A stretch of DNA of 32,000 nucleotides from Aeropyrum pernix K1 (GCF_000011125.1 NC_000854.2:810001-842000), one strand, 5' to 3'. Shown: positions 1 through 9,800, counted from the first letter of the stretch. Made by a program: numbers and translations. Notes: a model not told the origin generated them from the letters alone.

Positions 1-270
1 GCAGGTTGACAGCTATCACAGGGGGCGTCAATACTCGCGAAACCCTTCCGCCCCTGAAGGAAGACAGGAAGAACAGGATGTTACCTACTACCAGCATACC
101 CACCATTAGAGCCAGATAGATTGCCAGGACTATAACCCCCACGAGGGTGCCCGCCCCGCTAGCGCGGGTGTAGACGTAGCCGAGGAGCAGGAGGCTGCCC
201 AGGGCTAGGAGAAAGCCGAGTACACCGGCTAGAGCGGATATGTATGACAGTGCCCCTCGAGAGGCCACTA
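1..270 (-). CDS. Hypothetical membrane protein, C-terminus cut by left window edge
   Basis: Open minus frame from GTG at 270: (M)ASRGALSYISALAGVLGFLLALGSLLLLGYVYTRASGAGTLVGVIVLAIYLALMVGMLVVGNILFFLSSFRGGR...; two hydrophobic spans; runs off the edge; absent from the ORF track. Confidence 0.6.
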
Positions 271-303
271 AACCCCCAGTCCGCGATTTTAGTGGCTAAA
301 GTT

Positions 304-966
304 TTAATAGAGAGGCTTCCTCGGCCTGAGGACAGTGTAGGTGGCGTGGACCCAGCCCCCGCAGAGTATCCTCGTGTGTTGAAGCGCTAGCTCTACCCTC
401 CTATCCCTCCCGTCGAAAACCCCGGGGCACTCGGCGAGGCCAACGCCCCCTCCGAATATGTACGGCGCTATAGTGGCCCTCACCTCATCAACAAGACCCT
501 TCTCAAGCATAGCGCAGTTCAGCCCTCCCCCACCCTCCACCATCAAAACCCTTACACCCAGCCTCTCCCTAAGCACCGCCACAGCCCTCTCCAGATCCAC
601 CTTCCCCCGGCCAGCCTCGACAACCTCCACTCCCCTCTCGAGATAGGGCTTCAGCCTCTCCCGGCTGTGGCCCTCGGCTGTGACAAGAACGCTCCCCCGC
701 CGCAGCCCCGCGACGTCCGGGGGCACTTTCAGGCCCGAGTCGACTACGACCCTTAGAGGGCTCCTACCACGGGCCAGCCTCACGGTGAGCCTCGGCCTGT
801 CTAGCACCGCGGTCCTGCTACCCACCATAACCGCGTCGGCTGACGCCCTATACTTGTGCTGCAGCTCGAAGTCCTCCCTGCAGCTGAGGAGGCTGTAGCC
901 GGTGATGCTGGCGATCCTGCCGTCAAGGGTTGCTGTGCTGAAAATAAAGGTGTAGGGCCTGGCCAA
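304..966 (-). CDS. RibD C-terminal domain-type reductase (archaeal 2,5-diamino-6-ribosylamino-pyrimidinone 5'-phosphate reductase)
   Basis: 220 aa ORF; N-terminal PYTFIFSTATLDGRIAS, then KYRASADAVMVGSRTAVLDRPRLTVR and LMVEGGGGLNCAMLEKGLVDEVRATIAPYIFGG, characteristic of RibD_C reductases. Confidence 0.85.
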   Translation of the reverse strand: MARPYTFIFSTATLDGRIASITGYSLLSCREDFELQHKYRASADAVMVGSRTAVLDRPRLTVRLARGRSPLRVVVDSGLKVPPDVAGLRRGSVLVTAEGHSRERLKPYLERGVEVVEAGRGKVDLERAVAVLRERLGVRVLMVEGGGGLNCAMLEKGLVDEVRATIAPYIFGGGVGLAECPGVFDGRDRRVELALQHTRILCGGWVHATYTVLRPRKPLY

Positions 967-981
967 GCACTGGCACCCGTG

Positions 982-1275
982 TCACCCTGGTGAGGGGGAT
1001 AGGGTTTTAGAGAGTATGCCCGCTATATGCTCCGCCGCCTCCCGGAGGCTGGGGTGGAGGCTTTTCCTCTCGAGCACCAGCCTACCCCCACTGTCCAGCC
1101 TCGCAAGGCCTGCTATGAGGAAGTGCTCCACGGCCTTCTCAACATCCTCCGGGGAGAATAGTGCTGGGCCTCTGCCGCTGTACACCTTGGCGAGCTCCAC
1201 CACCTCGCCCGCCGTGCGGGGTCCTAGCCAGAGCACCCCTAGGAGGAATTCCCGCCTGGTCAGTGGGGGGGTCAA
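982..1275 (-). CDS. Small hypothetical protein, possibly winged-helix-like
   Basis: 97 aa ORF just upstream of the reductase on the same strand; alternating helical pattern with terminal GLARLDSGGRLVLERK resembling a wing; no catalytic motif. Confidence 0.5.
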   Translation of the reverse strand: MTPPLTRREFLLGVLWLGPRTAGEVVELAKVYSGRGPALFSPEDVEKAVEHFLIAGLARLDSGGRLVLERKSLHPSLREAAEHIAGILSKTLSPSPG

Positions 1276-1381
1276 CGCATGCTCACCCTGTTCACATTTG
1301 AAAATGCCGGGACAAACGGGGGTCTCCGGGAGTGTTTTCCTTCACCAGGGCCTGTGGGGTTGGAGCCCCCGGGATACCCGT

Positions 1382-1455
1382 GTAATACGCGATGTAGCCG
1401 GTATTACTCTGGGCTCCCTACTCTGGGCTCTAAACCTACGTCATTGAGGTAATAC
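1382..1455. repeat. Cluster of short inverted and direct repeats
   Basis: GTAATAC 1382-1388, GTATTAC 1401-1407, GTAATAC 1449-1455; TACTCTGGGCTC at 1405-1416 and again at 1419-1430. Confidence 0.5.
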
Positions 1456-1530
1456 TCAAATTAGCCTTGCGGCCCAGCAGTAGTTCTATGGGTTTAAAGG
1501 CTTAGCCCGGGATTGTGTGGTGCTGTTTTA

Positions 1531-3462
1531 ATGCCTCGAGGGGGCGCCGGGAGGGTTAAGTCTAAGATTGTCAAGGACGTGGTCCATCAGTTTATAGAGC
1601 TACCCTCGGACCTTGTCGCCACCATTGTAGACAGGCCCCTCTTCCAGAGGCTCCGGAGGGTGAGGCAGCTGAGCCTGGCGGACTACGTCTACCCGGGCGC
1701 GGTGCATACGAGGTTTGAGCATAGCCTGGGAGTGGCCTACACTATGAGGAGGGCTCTCCACCACATTGTGAAGAATGTTGAGGAGATAGTGCTGCCCTCC
1801 GTCGCCGAGTATATAGAGGATGAGTACCCCCTGAAGGGGGGCCTCCAGAAGAGGCTCCAGGGCATTGCCACCCACCTCATAAGGGATGTTACAAATGCCC
1901 TCCGGAATATGGAGGGGGAGGCCGTTGTGGCCGCTCTCCTCCACGACTCGGGCCATATTATGGCGAGCCATATAGCAGAGCAGGCTCTCCACGACCCACT
2001 GATCATGGTTGCCCCTCGGGCAGTCCGGGAGCTGCCCCTACTGGAGGAGCACGAGGACCTCACCATAAAGATCGTGTCAAAGCTTGCCGACGAGGATGTG
2101 GAGATCCTCTATGGAGGTAGGAGGGTGGACCTACGGAGGGTTGTTGAGATACTCAGGCTAGCCTACTCCCGTGGGGAGTGGGAGAAGAGGTGTATTCGGG
2201 ACGCCGAGTACCAGGCCCCTACAGCCCCGGGGGGGCTCGGGGAGAGCGCGAGGGCTTCTCGCTACGCCACGGTAGCGGCTATGTGCATCATAGCACAGCT
2301 CCTAAGCTCCGGCATCGACGTCGACAGGGCTGACTATATAATTAGGGACAGCATACATACGGGGAGCCTCTCGGGCATATACGATATTAACCGCTACTAC
2401 GCGGTACTCACCCTTGTCCCGGAGGCGAGGCATACCCACTCCACCCTCAAAGCCTCCCTCCGCCTGGGGATTCTGGAGAAGGGTGTAACGGTAATCGAGA
2501 ACATGCTTCTGGCCAGGATCTACATGTACAGCGACGTCTACCTCCACGACGTCTCCATGATATACTCGGCCATGCTCTCTAGGGTAATAAGTCTGCTATA
2601 CATAGCCGCCGCCCACCTCCAGGCAGACGCGAGCGAGGGCCTGATAGCCGGGAGGGAGGAGGCTAAGAGGCTTCTAGACAGGTACCCCGCCCTCGAGGCC
2701 CTTGCGCTGCTCCAGCACGGGGTGGATAGGAAGAGTCTCAGCAGCCTTGAGGAGATGCTTTCCATGGCCACCGACGACGCGTTGTTTGAGGCCATGACTA
2801 GGATAGCGTTTGGTAGGGCGGAGGACCTCGCCGGCTACATTATAGCCCTTGGCGATAAGCTTCAGTCAAGCGACAGGAGGGCCAGGTCTTGGTATAGGGA
2901 GGCCTGCCTAGCCCTACACCTACTGTCCTACGGGGTTGTGGCGCGCCGCCATGTGGACGCCCTTATATCCGGGAGCGAGGGCATAGTGCCGAGGCTCATA
3001 GACGCTATAGAGAGCGAGAGCCCACACATAACGGGGCTCATCCGCCGCAACACAACACCCTTGGTAACCCTCTCATGGTCCTCCTACAAGCCGTATCAGA
3101 AGGACCATGCCGGGGGTAGGATCTACGTCTTCAGGAAGCGCTATCCCCTAGAGCCTGTGGAGATAGTCTCCTCCGACCAGGCCCGCGTCTCCAGGGAGCT
3201 TGAGGGCAAGTCGTACTCCAAACTGCTGATAACCTACCCAGCCCTAAACAGCACCGTTCAGGGCGTGAGGCAGCGCAGGGACGAGCCGCAGATATGGAGG
3301 CATAGGAGGGGGAAGCTCTCACATGACCTCGCAAGAGGATCCACACTCTACAGGCTGCTGGAGAGGAGCTGTGGCGTTAACGAGGAAGAGGCTAGGAAGA
3401 CGCTCCAGACGGCCTCCTCGAGGGCTAGGGAGCTGGCGCTAGACCTCTTCAGGTACATCTAG
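1531..3462 (+). CDS. HD-domain metal-dependent phosphohydrolase (dGTPase/SAMHD-like superfamily)
   Basis: Long ORF with HTRFEHSLGVAYTMRRAL and AALLHDSGH HD signatures and VDRADYIIRDSIHTG. Track start is TTG 1513; the A-box TTTAAAGG near 1492-1499 favours ATG 1531. Confidence 0.85.
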   Translation: MPRGGAGRVKSKIVKDVVHQFIELPSDLVATIVDRPLFQRLRRVRQLSLADYVYPGAVHTRFEHSLGVAYTMRRALHHIVKNVEEIVLPSVAEYIEDEYPLKGGLQKRLQGIATHLIRDVTNALRNMEGEAVVAALLHDSGHIMASHIAEQALHDPLIMVAPRAVRELPLLEEHEDLTIKIVSKLADEDVEILYGGRRVDLRRVVEILRLAYSRGEWEKRCIRDAEYQAPTAPGGLGESARASRYATVAAMCIIAQLLSSGIDVDRADYIIRDSIHTGSLSGIYDINRYYAVLTLVPEARHTHSTLKASLRLGILEKGVTVIENMLLARIYMYSDVYLHDVSMIYSAMLSRVISLLYIAAAHLQADASEGLIAGREEAKRLLDRYPALEALALLQHGVDRKSLSSLEEMLSMATDDALFEAMTRIAFGRAEDLAGYIIALGDKLQSSDRRARSWYREACLALHLLSYGVVARRHVDALISGSEGIVPRLIDAIESESPHITGLIRRNTTPLVTLSWSSYKPYQKDHAGGRIYVFRKRYPLEPVEIVSSDQARVSRELEGKSYSKLLITYPALNSTVQGVRQRRDEPQIWRHRRGKLSHDLARGSTLYRLLERSCGVNEEEARKTLQTASSRARELALDLFRYI

Positions 3463-3544
3463 ACAGCGCACGCCGAGCCCCTAGGATATAATCGCCGCGG
3501 CATTCCCACCTAGAACATGGATTGCATGGGGTGCTAGCGTCGGG

Positions 3545-4045
3545 TTGCCAGCTAGGATAGTGGGGAAGCCTGAGTACCTGCCCGACCCGGTGTGGGAGTC
3601 TGTTATAAGGCTCCACGGCGCCGTGGATCCCGAGACAGGCCATCTCACCTGCCACCACTACCCTATAGCTCTACAGCTGGTTGAAACAGGCGGAGGACCC
3701 GTTCCCGCCCTCCAGGTCGGGGAGTGCATACTGATCGTGGCAGGCGCCACATACATATCAAGACTCCTCGCAGAAGCCAAGGATTCCCGCCTGGAGGAGA
3801 TTGGAGCCGACTATGCACTTGTGAGTGGCGTCAGGGTCTCCACAGAGGTCCTCGCCCACGTACTATCCAGCCTGCGAGACTGGAAGTCGCAGGTTAAGTT
3901 CTACACCCTCACCCTGGAGATAGATGGGAGGGCTAGAGGGGCTGCCGTGGCTGTCTTCCAGGATCAAGAGGGCGGATGGGCCGCTGTTCTCACGGACTGC
4001 GAGAGGGGCGGAGAGGAGAGCCGGTCCGAGACCCTACACCTCTAG
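3545..4045 (+). CDS. Conserved-looking hypothetical protein, 166 aa
   Basis: ORF with codon usage like its neighbours, A-box-like GGATATAATC upstream (3482-3491); no recognised family motif. Confidence 0.6.
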   Translation: MPARIVGKPEYLPDPVWESVIRLHGAVDPETGHLTCHHYPIALQLVETGGGPVPALQVGECILIVAGATYISRLLAEAKDSRLEEIGADYALVSGVRVSTEVLAHVLSSLRDWKSQVKFYTLTLEIDGRARGAAVAVFQDQEGGWAAVLTDCERGGEESRSETLHL

Positions 4046-4095
4046 ACCGCGCGGGGTGCTCCGTTCTGCCTGGAGGAGCGAAGCTCTACTACAGC

Positions 4096-5097
4096 ATGGC
4101 TTTCAAGATGCACGTGCCGCCGCGGGGCAGCGGCCACATAGAGGAGCCTAGGAGGCTGGACAAGGCGCTTAAAGCCCTTAAGAAGAGCCGCCTGCTTGAT
4201 ATGCTGGAGAAGGTTGACCCGGGGTTCCAGAGCCTCAGGGTCTTCGAGACCGTGCACGACCCCCTATATATTAAGGGAATCCTGGCCGAGCTGGAGGCCG
4301 CACTGGACTCGTACTTCATCGACAGCGACACGTACATAAGCCCCGGCACACAGGCGGCCCTTGAGGCGCTGGCAGCCTCGGTTGAGCAGGCTTCAGAGCA
4401 TGTTGCCGAAGGCGGTAAGGCGCTAGTGCTTGGGAGGCCGCCCGGGCATCACGCGGGAGTCGCTGGCCCGGGGCTGGGGGCGCCCAGCCTGGGAGCCTGC
4501 CTGGTGAACGCGGCAGCCTCTCTCGCATACAGACTGGCCGGGAGGGGTTTGAAGGTTCTCATCCTCGATTTTGACGCCAACCACGGCAACGGCACCCAGG
4601 AGATACTTCAGGCCCTGCCAATGGGCGATAGGCTGTTCCACCTAGACATGCACCAGGACTGGAGGAAGAGCTTCCCCTGGACTGGCGAGCCCGGCGTTAC
4701 TGGTGATGGGACTGCGTTGAACATAGTACTCCCTGAGGGGTCTGGCGACGATATAGTACTTGCACTCATAGAGGGGCTCGAGCCTCTTGTGAATGAGTCG
4801 GAGCCCGACGCTGTTGTTGTGAGCATGGGTTTCGACGGCTACTCCGGCGACAGCCCTCTCACCCTCACCAAGCTAACCTCACACACATTCCACGCGCTCG
4901 GGAGGCTGGCCTCCCGGTACCCAGTTGCAGCCGTTCTGGAGACAGGCTTCGGGAGGGGGCTGGAGCTCGGTCTCCCAGCATTCATCGCAGGCCTCCTTGG
5001 CTTGGGAAACCCTGTTCAGGAAGAGGCCATTAAAAGCGATGAAGAAGTGTGGAGGGAGTTTCTAGAGACGAATAAGGAGGTTGTGGAGCACGGCTAA
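4096..5097 (+). CDS. Histone deacetylase family / acetoin utilisation AcuC-like hydrolase
   Basis: GRPPGHHAG, ACLVNAAASLAYRL, LKVLILDFDANHGNGTQEI and VVVSMGFDGYSGDSPL motifs. ORF opens at 3976, but homology-like sequence begins around AKLYYSMAFKMHVPPRG (about 4078); first in-frame ATG in that region is 4096. Confidence 0.85.
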   Translation: MAFKMHVPPRGSGHIEEPRRLDKALKALKKSRLLDMLEKVDPGFQSLRVFETVHDPLYIKGILAELEAALDSYFIDSDTYISPGTQAALEALAASVEQASEHVAEGGKALVLGRPPGHHAGVAGPGLGAPSLGACLVNAAASLAYRLAGRGLKVLILDFDANHGNGTQEILQALPMGDRLFHLDMHQDWRKSFPWTGEPGVTGDGTALNIVLPEGSGDDIVLALIEGLEPLVNESEPDAVVVSMGFDGYSGDSPLTLTKLTSHTFHALGRLASRYPVAAVLETGFGRGLELGLPAFIAGLLGLGNPVQEEAIKSDEEVWREFLETNKEVVEHG

Positions 5098-6503
5098 CCC
5101 TTATTCCTAGCCAATAGTATGTAGCCTGCCAACCCCACTATAGCCAGGCCTGCCAGGCCCGCTATTACTGTGAGCCCGCTGCCCTCCTCCGACTCTGAAG
5201 TCGCTCCTCCCGCCTGTTGGGGCGTGGTGGAGGTCTGCTGGCCGTAGTTTACCAGTAGCACTACCTTCTTCAGGATATCGATATTCTCCTTCGTGACTTC
5301 TACACTATCAGTCACAGCACCGTCTATGTACAGTGCATTTCCGCTCTCCGCCGAGAGGACTACGTTATACTCCTCAGGGCTGGCCGCCGCTGCCCAGAGG
5401 TATAGCTTCCTATGGGCCTCGAACGCCATGACGGGGTAGTCGGTGTAGCCTTCTATCTCAAGCTCAATGTTGTAGAGGCCGTTTGCAATTTCCGCGGCGG
5501 CCCTGAGACTCTCCACTCCCGCCGCCGCTCCAGCCAGGGAAGCTAGGTCCCCGTTTGCTGTCGCTTGGCCCCTAAGGGTGAATTCCCCTTCGGATACTGT
5601 GAGGGAGGCCTCGAGGCCGGCCTCACCCTCCTGGACACCCGCCAGGGCTGCTGCTATCCTTGAAAACAGTTCTCCCTCTGTGGTGTCTATGGTGAACTCT
5701 ATGGTGGGTGGCTCTGAGTCGCTCACCTCGAATTCAACCTGAACTCCTTCATGCTTATCAACCTCCTCAAGCAGCTCAACTATGTGGTCTATAACCTCTT
5801 CTTTGGCCTCTTCGTCGCTTGCAATTACGGTTATAGAACCCTCGGCGTAGAGTGCTCCGGGACCATTCTCACCGGCTGGAGAGGTATAAGTTATCGAGCC
5901 GTTGTACTCAAGCCTTACTTCCCCTTCATACTCTGGGCCTAGGAGGGCGGAGGCGCTGCCAGCTAGCGACCCCTGGTAGGTGCCTGCAAACCCGCCGTCA
6001 CTCTCCTCCAGTCTTAGTACGAGCGATTTGTCTAGCCAGCCTTCGCCGGCATCCTCACGATACTTCTTACAATCCACACCGCTCCACGAGGCTTCTCCAT
6101 CTAGCGTGGCTTCGAAAACGCCCTCAGACGCCACTACGTTTATGGTAAGGGTTTTCTCGAGACTCCCTATATCACATTCCTCGATATTGACTTCGCCTAC
6201 CGCCTCTAGTGAAGCCTGTAGAGCATCGCCGCTATAGTCAATGGAGGCATTAAGCTCCTCTATACTCACTAAGCCGCTCGGGCTGGCCTCGCCAACAACC
6301 TCTATGTAAGTCCTATACCCTGTGCTCCAGAATACACTATCCCCACCGAACTTGTCTATAGCTGCGTCGAAGACACTCCATGGGAGGCCCTTCCACGACT
6401 CCCCCTCAGCATGGTCCGCGAGAACGAGGACTCCGGGAACTGTCAGTAGGGCTATCAATGCGGTTGGTATAGCGTATAGCGCAAGTTTGCGGAGCATCAA
6501 CAC
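5094..6503 (-). CDS. Secreted/surface protein with N-terminal signal sequence and C-terminal membrane anchor
   Basis: 469 aa; N-terminus MLMLRKLALYAIPTALIALLTVPGVLVLA; beta-rich acidic body; Ser/Thr/Gln linker; C-terminal GLTVIAGLAGLAIVGLAGYILLARNKG. Confidence 0.7.
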   Translation of the reverse strand: MLMLRKLALYAIPTALIALLTVPGVLVLADHAEGESWKGLPWSVFDAAIDKFGGDSVFWSTGYRTYIEVVGEASPSGLVSIEELNASIDYSGDALQASLEAVGEVNIEECDIGSLEKTLTINVVASEGVFEATLDGEASWSGVDCKKYREDAGEGWLDKSLVLRLEESDGGFAGTYQGSLAGSASALLGPEYEGEVRLEYNGSITYTSPAGENGPGALYAEGSITVIASDEEAKEEVIDHIVELLEEVDKHEGVQVEFEVSDSEPPTIEFTIDTTEGELFSRIAAALAGVQEGEAGLEASLTVSEGEFTLRGQATANGDLASLAGAAAGVESLRAAAEIANGLYNIELEIEGYTDYPVMAFEAHRKLYLWAAAASPEEYNVVLSAESGNALYIDGAVTDSVEVTKENIDILKKVVLLVNYGQQTSTTPQQAGGATSESEEGSGLTVIAGLAGLAIVGLAGYILLARNKG

Positions 6504-6691
6504 TTAATCACCTGCCGAGGACCTCCATTTACTATCATTATATCTTTGAAAGATATTTAACTAGGCCTGAACCCAAAGTTGAAGTGTTTGAACAACCTCT
6601 TACGCCTACCGGTTCTGCAAGAACCAGAATAATTTGTTAATCCTTGTTGTTGTGCTGATATTGTTACCTTTTGTTATTTAATGGAAGGAAT

Positions 6692-6716
6692 TTTAACATT
6701 GTTGTTTAACATTGTT
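6692..6716 (+). repeat. Tandem direct repeat TTTAACATTGTT-g-TTTAACATTGTT, candidate operator
   Basis: Two perfect 12-nt copies at 13-nt spacing just upstream of AT-rich A-box-like sequence (6727-6736) in the narG intergenic region. Confidence 0.6.
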
Positions 6717-6726
6717 CACTATTAAA

Positions 6727-6736
6727 ATATTTATAA
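6727..6736 (+). promoter_or_regulatory. Candidate A-box of the narG promoter
   Basis: ATATTTATAA directly downstream of the tandem repeats; alternative AT-rich element near 6803-6818. Confidence 0.45.
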
Positions 6737-6847
6737 TCCAGGGCTATGTAAACACCTCGTACCCAGTCTAGGATTCCGGTTTGGGCTTAATAACATAGTA
6801 CTATTAATGATTATATTACGGCCTTTTCGGCTGGAGGGTGAGAGTTC

Positions 6848-9800
6848 TTGTCTCAGCAGAAGGGTGAAGGCAATGGTGGAGGTCCTGTCAAGCTGAGCAG
6901 GCGCGGCTTCTTGAAGGTGCTCGCGGCCGCCGGCCTGCTGTCGAGCCTCGGCCCGCTGGCTTCCGCTCTCTCCAGCAACAGATATCTCACCACAATCGAG
7001 ACCCCCCGCCTCGGCTACCCCGAGGACCTCAGGGGCTGGGAGAAGTTCTACAGGGACATGTGGGCCTATGATAAGGTGGCGAGGAGCACCCACGGAGTCA
7101 ACTGTACTGGGAGCTGCAGCTGGATGGTTTACGTCAAGGACGGTATAGTAGCTTACGAGCTCCAGGCTGGCGACTACCCTGACATAGGGCCCAGCTACCC
7201 CAACTACGAGCCCAGGGGCTGTCCCAGGGGTGCAAGCACCTCCTGGTACCTCTACAGCCCCTTGAGGGTGAAGTACCCCTACGTCAGGAAGCCTCTCCTG
7301 GAGCTTTGGAGGGAGGCTAGGAGCAGCTACAGCGATCCTGTGGAGGCCTGGGCTGGTATAGTCGAGGATCCTGATAAGAGGAGCAGGTATGTGAGGGCGA
7401 GGGGTCTTGGAGGCTGGGTCAGGGCCGACTGGGACACCGTTCTGGAGATAATAGCCTCGGCCCTCGTGTACACAATCAAGAAGTACGGGCCCGACCGGAT
7501 ATTCGGCTTCACCCCCATACCCGCAATGAGCCCCGTCAGCTACGCCAGCGGCGCCAGGTTCATAGAGCTAATAGGAGGCTCCATGGGCAGCTTCTACGAC
7601 TGGTACGCCGATCTTCCGCCGGCGAGCCCCCAGGTTTGGGGTGAGCAGACGGACGTCCCGGAGAGCGCTGACTGGTTCAACGCAGCCTACATTATAAACT
7701 TCGGCACCAACATACCGATGACCAGGACTCCGGACGCCCAGTTCTTCACGGAGGTTAGGTACAAGGGCACGAAGATCGTGGTGGTGAGCCCAGACTTCAG
7801 CGAGCACACCAGGTTCGCCGACGTCTGGGTCCCCATTAAGGAAGGCACCGACGGGGCCTTCGCCATCTCTATGGCGCACGTTATACTGAGGGAGTACTAC
7901 GTGGAGAGGCAGGTAGACTTCTTCATAGACTATGTCAAGAGGTTTACAGACCTGCCCTTCCTGATCGTGCTGGAGCCCTATGAAGGCGGCTACAGGCCCG
8001 GCAAGTTCCTGAGGCTCTCCGACCTACACCCCGAGGAGTACTACAGCGAGGGCTACAGCGGCGAGCCTAACAAGGAGTGGAAGCTCCTCGTGTACGACTC
8101 GAACACAGGCAGGCCGAGGCTTGTGAACGGGAGCATAGGCTACCGGTGGGACGGCAGCGGCAAGTGGAACCTCAAGCTCGAAGACCCGATCACCGGGGAG
8201 CCTGTGGACCCGAAGCTCTCCTTAATAGACGATAGCGACGAGGTGGTGATGGTAAAGTTCCCGGTGTTCGGGGCCTCCTTCGGCGAGAAGGGCATAGTGG
8301 AGAGGGGTGTGCCGGCGAAGAGGGTGAAGCTCGCCGACGGCAGCGAGGCCCTTGTGGCCACGGTGTTCGACCTCCTGGCGGCCTATCTGGGCGTTGACAG
8401 GGGCCTCCCCGGCGACTATCCGGCGGGATACGATGATAAGAAGCCCTTCACCCCGGCTTGGCAGGAGGACATAACCGGTGTGAGCAGGGAGCTCGCCATA
8501 AGACTCGCCAGGGAGTGGGCTGACACGGCGGTGAAGACCCGGGGCAGGGTCATGGTCATGCTGGGCCCGGGCGTCAACCACTGGTTCCACAGCGACCTCC
8601 ACTACAGGGCCATACTGACCCTAGTCAAGCTGACTGGAGCGGAAGGCAGGAACGGGGGAGGATGGGCCCACTACGTCGGCCAGGAGAAGATCAGGACGAT
8701 AGCGGGCTGGGCCAAGCTGGCCTTCGCCCTGGACTGGGTCTTGCCGCCGAGGCACCAGAACAGCCCGAGCTTCTACTACGTCCACACGGACCAGTGGAGG
8801 TATGACAGGCTGACCACGGACTACTATGAGGGGCCCTGGAGCGACGTGAGGGAGAAGATGAAGTGTAGCCACCCGATGGACTGCAACATAAAGGCCGCCA
8901 GGCTGGGCTGGCTACCCTTCTACCCCCAGTTTAACAGGAGCACGCTGGACCTAGCGGCGGAGGCTAGGAGGCTTGGGAAGGATCCCGTGCAGCACGTGGT
9001 AGACCTTCTGAAGAGCGGCCAGCTGAAGCTGGCGATAGAGGACCCGGACGCCCCTGAGAACTGGATTAGGGTCATGTTCGTCTGGAGGGCTAACCTCCTC
9101 GGCAGCAGCGGCAAGGGCCACGAGTACTTCCTGAAGCACCTGCTGGGGAGCCCGATGGCCCAGCCTATGAGCGAGGAGGTGGACAGGAGCCTCATCAAGG
9201 AGGTTGTATGGAGGGCCGCCCCCGAGGGGAAGCTGGACCTCCTGGTGGCAATAGACTTCAGGATGGCCACCACCCCGATATACGCCGACATAGTGCTCCC
9301 CGCCGCGACATGGTATGAGAAGTACGATCTGAGCATGACAGACCTCCACACGTTCCTACACCCCTTCACCCCCGCAGTGGACCCGCTTTGGGAGAGCAAG
9401 AGCGACTGGGACATATTCAAAGAGCTGGCGAGGAAGTTCAGCGAGATAGCGGCCAACCACTTCCCAGACGAGGTCGAGGACATCGTAGCCAGGCCCCTCT
9501 GGCACGACACGCCCATGGAGATAGCCCAGCCCTACGGTGTCGAGAAGGACTGGAGGTATGGCGAGACGGAGCCGGTGCCGGGCAAGACGATGTGGGACCT
9601 TAAGGTGGTTAAGAGGGACTACAGGAACGTGTACAAGATGTTCATAAGCCTGGGGCCGAAGGCCAGGAAGGCCGGCGTCAAGGGAGTAAGCTACGACACC
9701 AGCGACATCTACGAGATGCTGAAGGAGGACCTGGGCGTAGTGTACTGGGAGAAGTGTCCCGACGGCTGTCCAAGCGTAGAGAGCGACAAGAACGCAGCCG

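Noticed and set aside
1345-1380. Possible tRNA T-arm-like GGGGTTGGAGCCCC
   Set aside because: No TTC loop, no matching acceptor or anticodon stems around it; not a tRNA.
1016-1447. 143 aa plus-strand ORF
   Set aside because: Mostly antisense to the 982-1275 ORF and Ser/Leu-rich without motifs. The choice is not certain because the 97 aa protein is itself uncharacterised.
1600-2066. 130 and 109 aa minus-strand ORFs
   Set aside because: Antisense to the HD-domain gene, overlapping each other in different frames, no domain features.
3924-4151. 75 aa plus-strand ORF bridging the 166 aa gene and the HDAC-family gene
   Set aside because: Arg/Gly/Ala-rich third-frame overlap of two better-supported frames. 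Kept only as part of the start-codon question.
8920-9516. 198 aa minus-strand ORF (and similar long antisense ORFs at 9887-10483, 10805-11257, 8222-8602)
   Set aside because: Fully antisense to narG/narH, whose frames have strong family motifs. Long antisense frames are expected from high-GC codon bias; translations look low-complexity.
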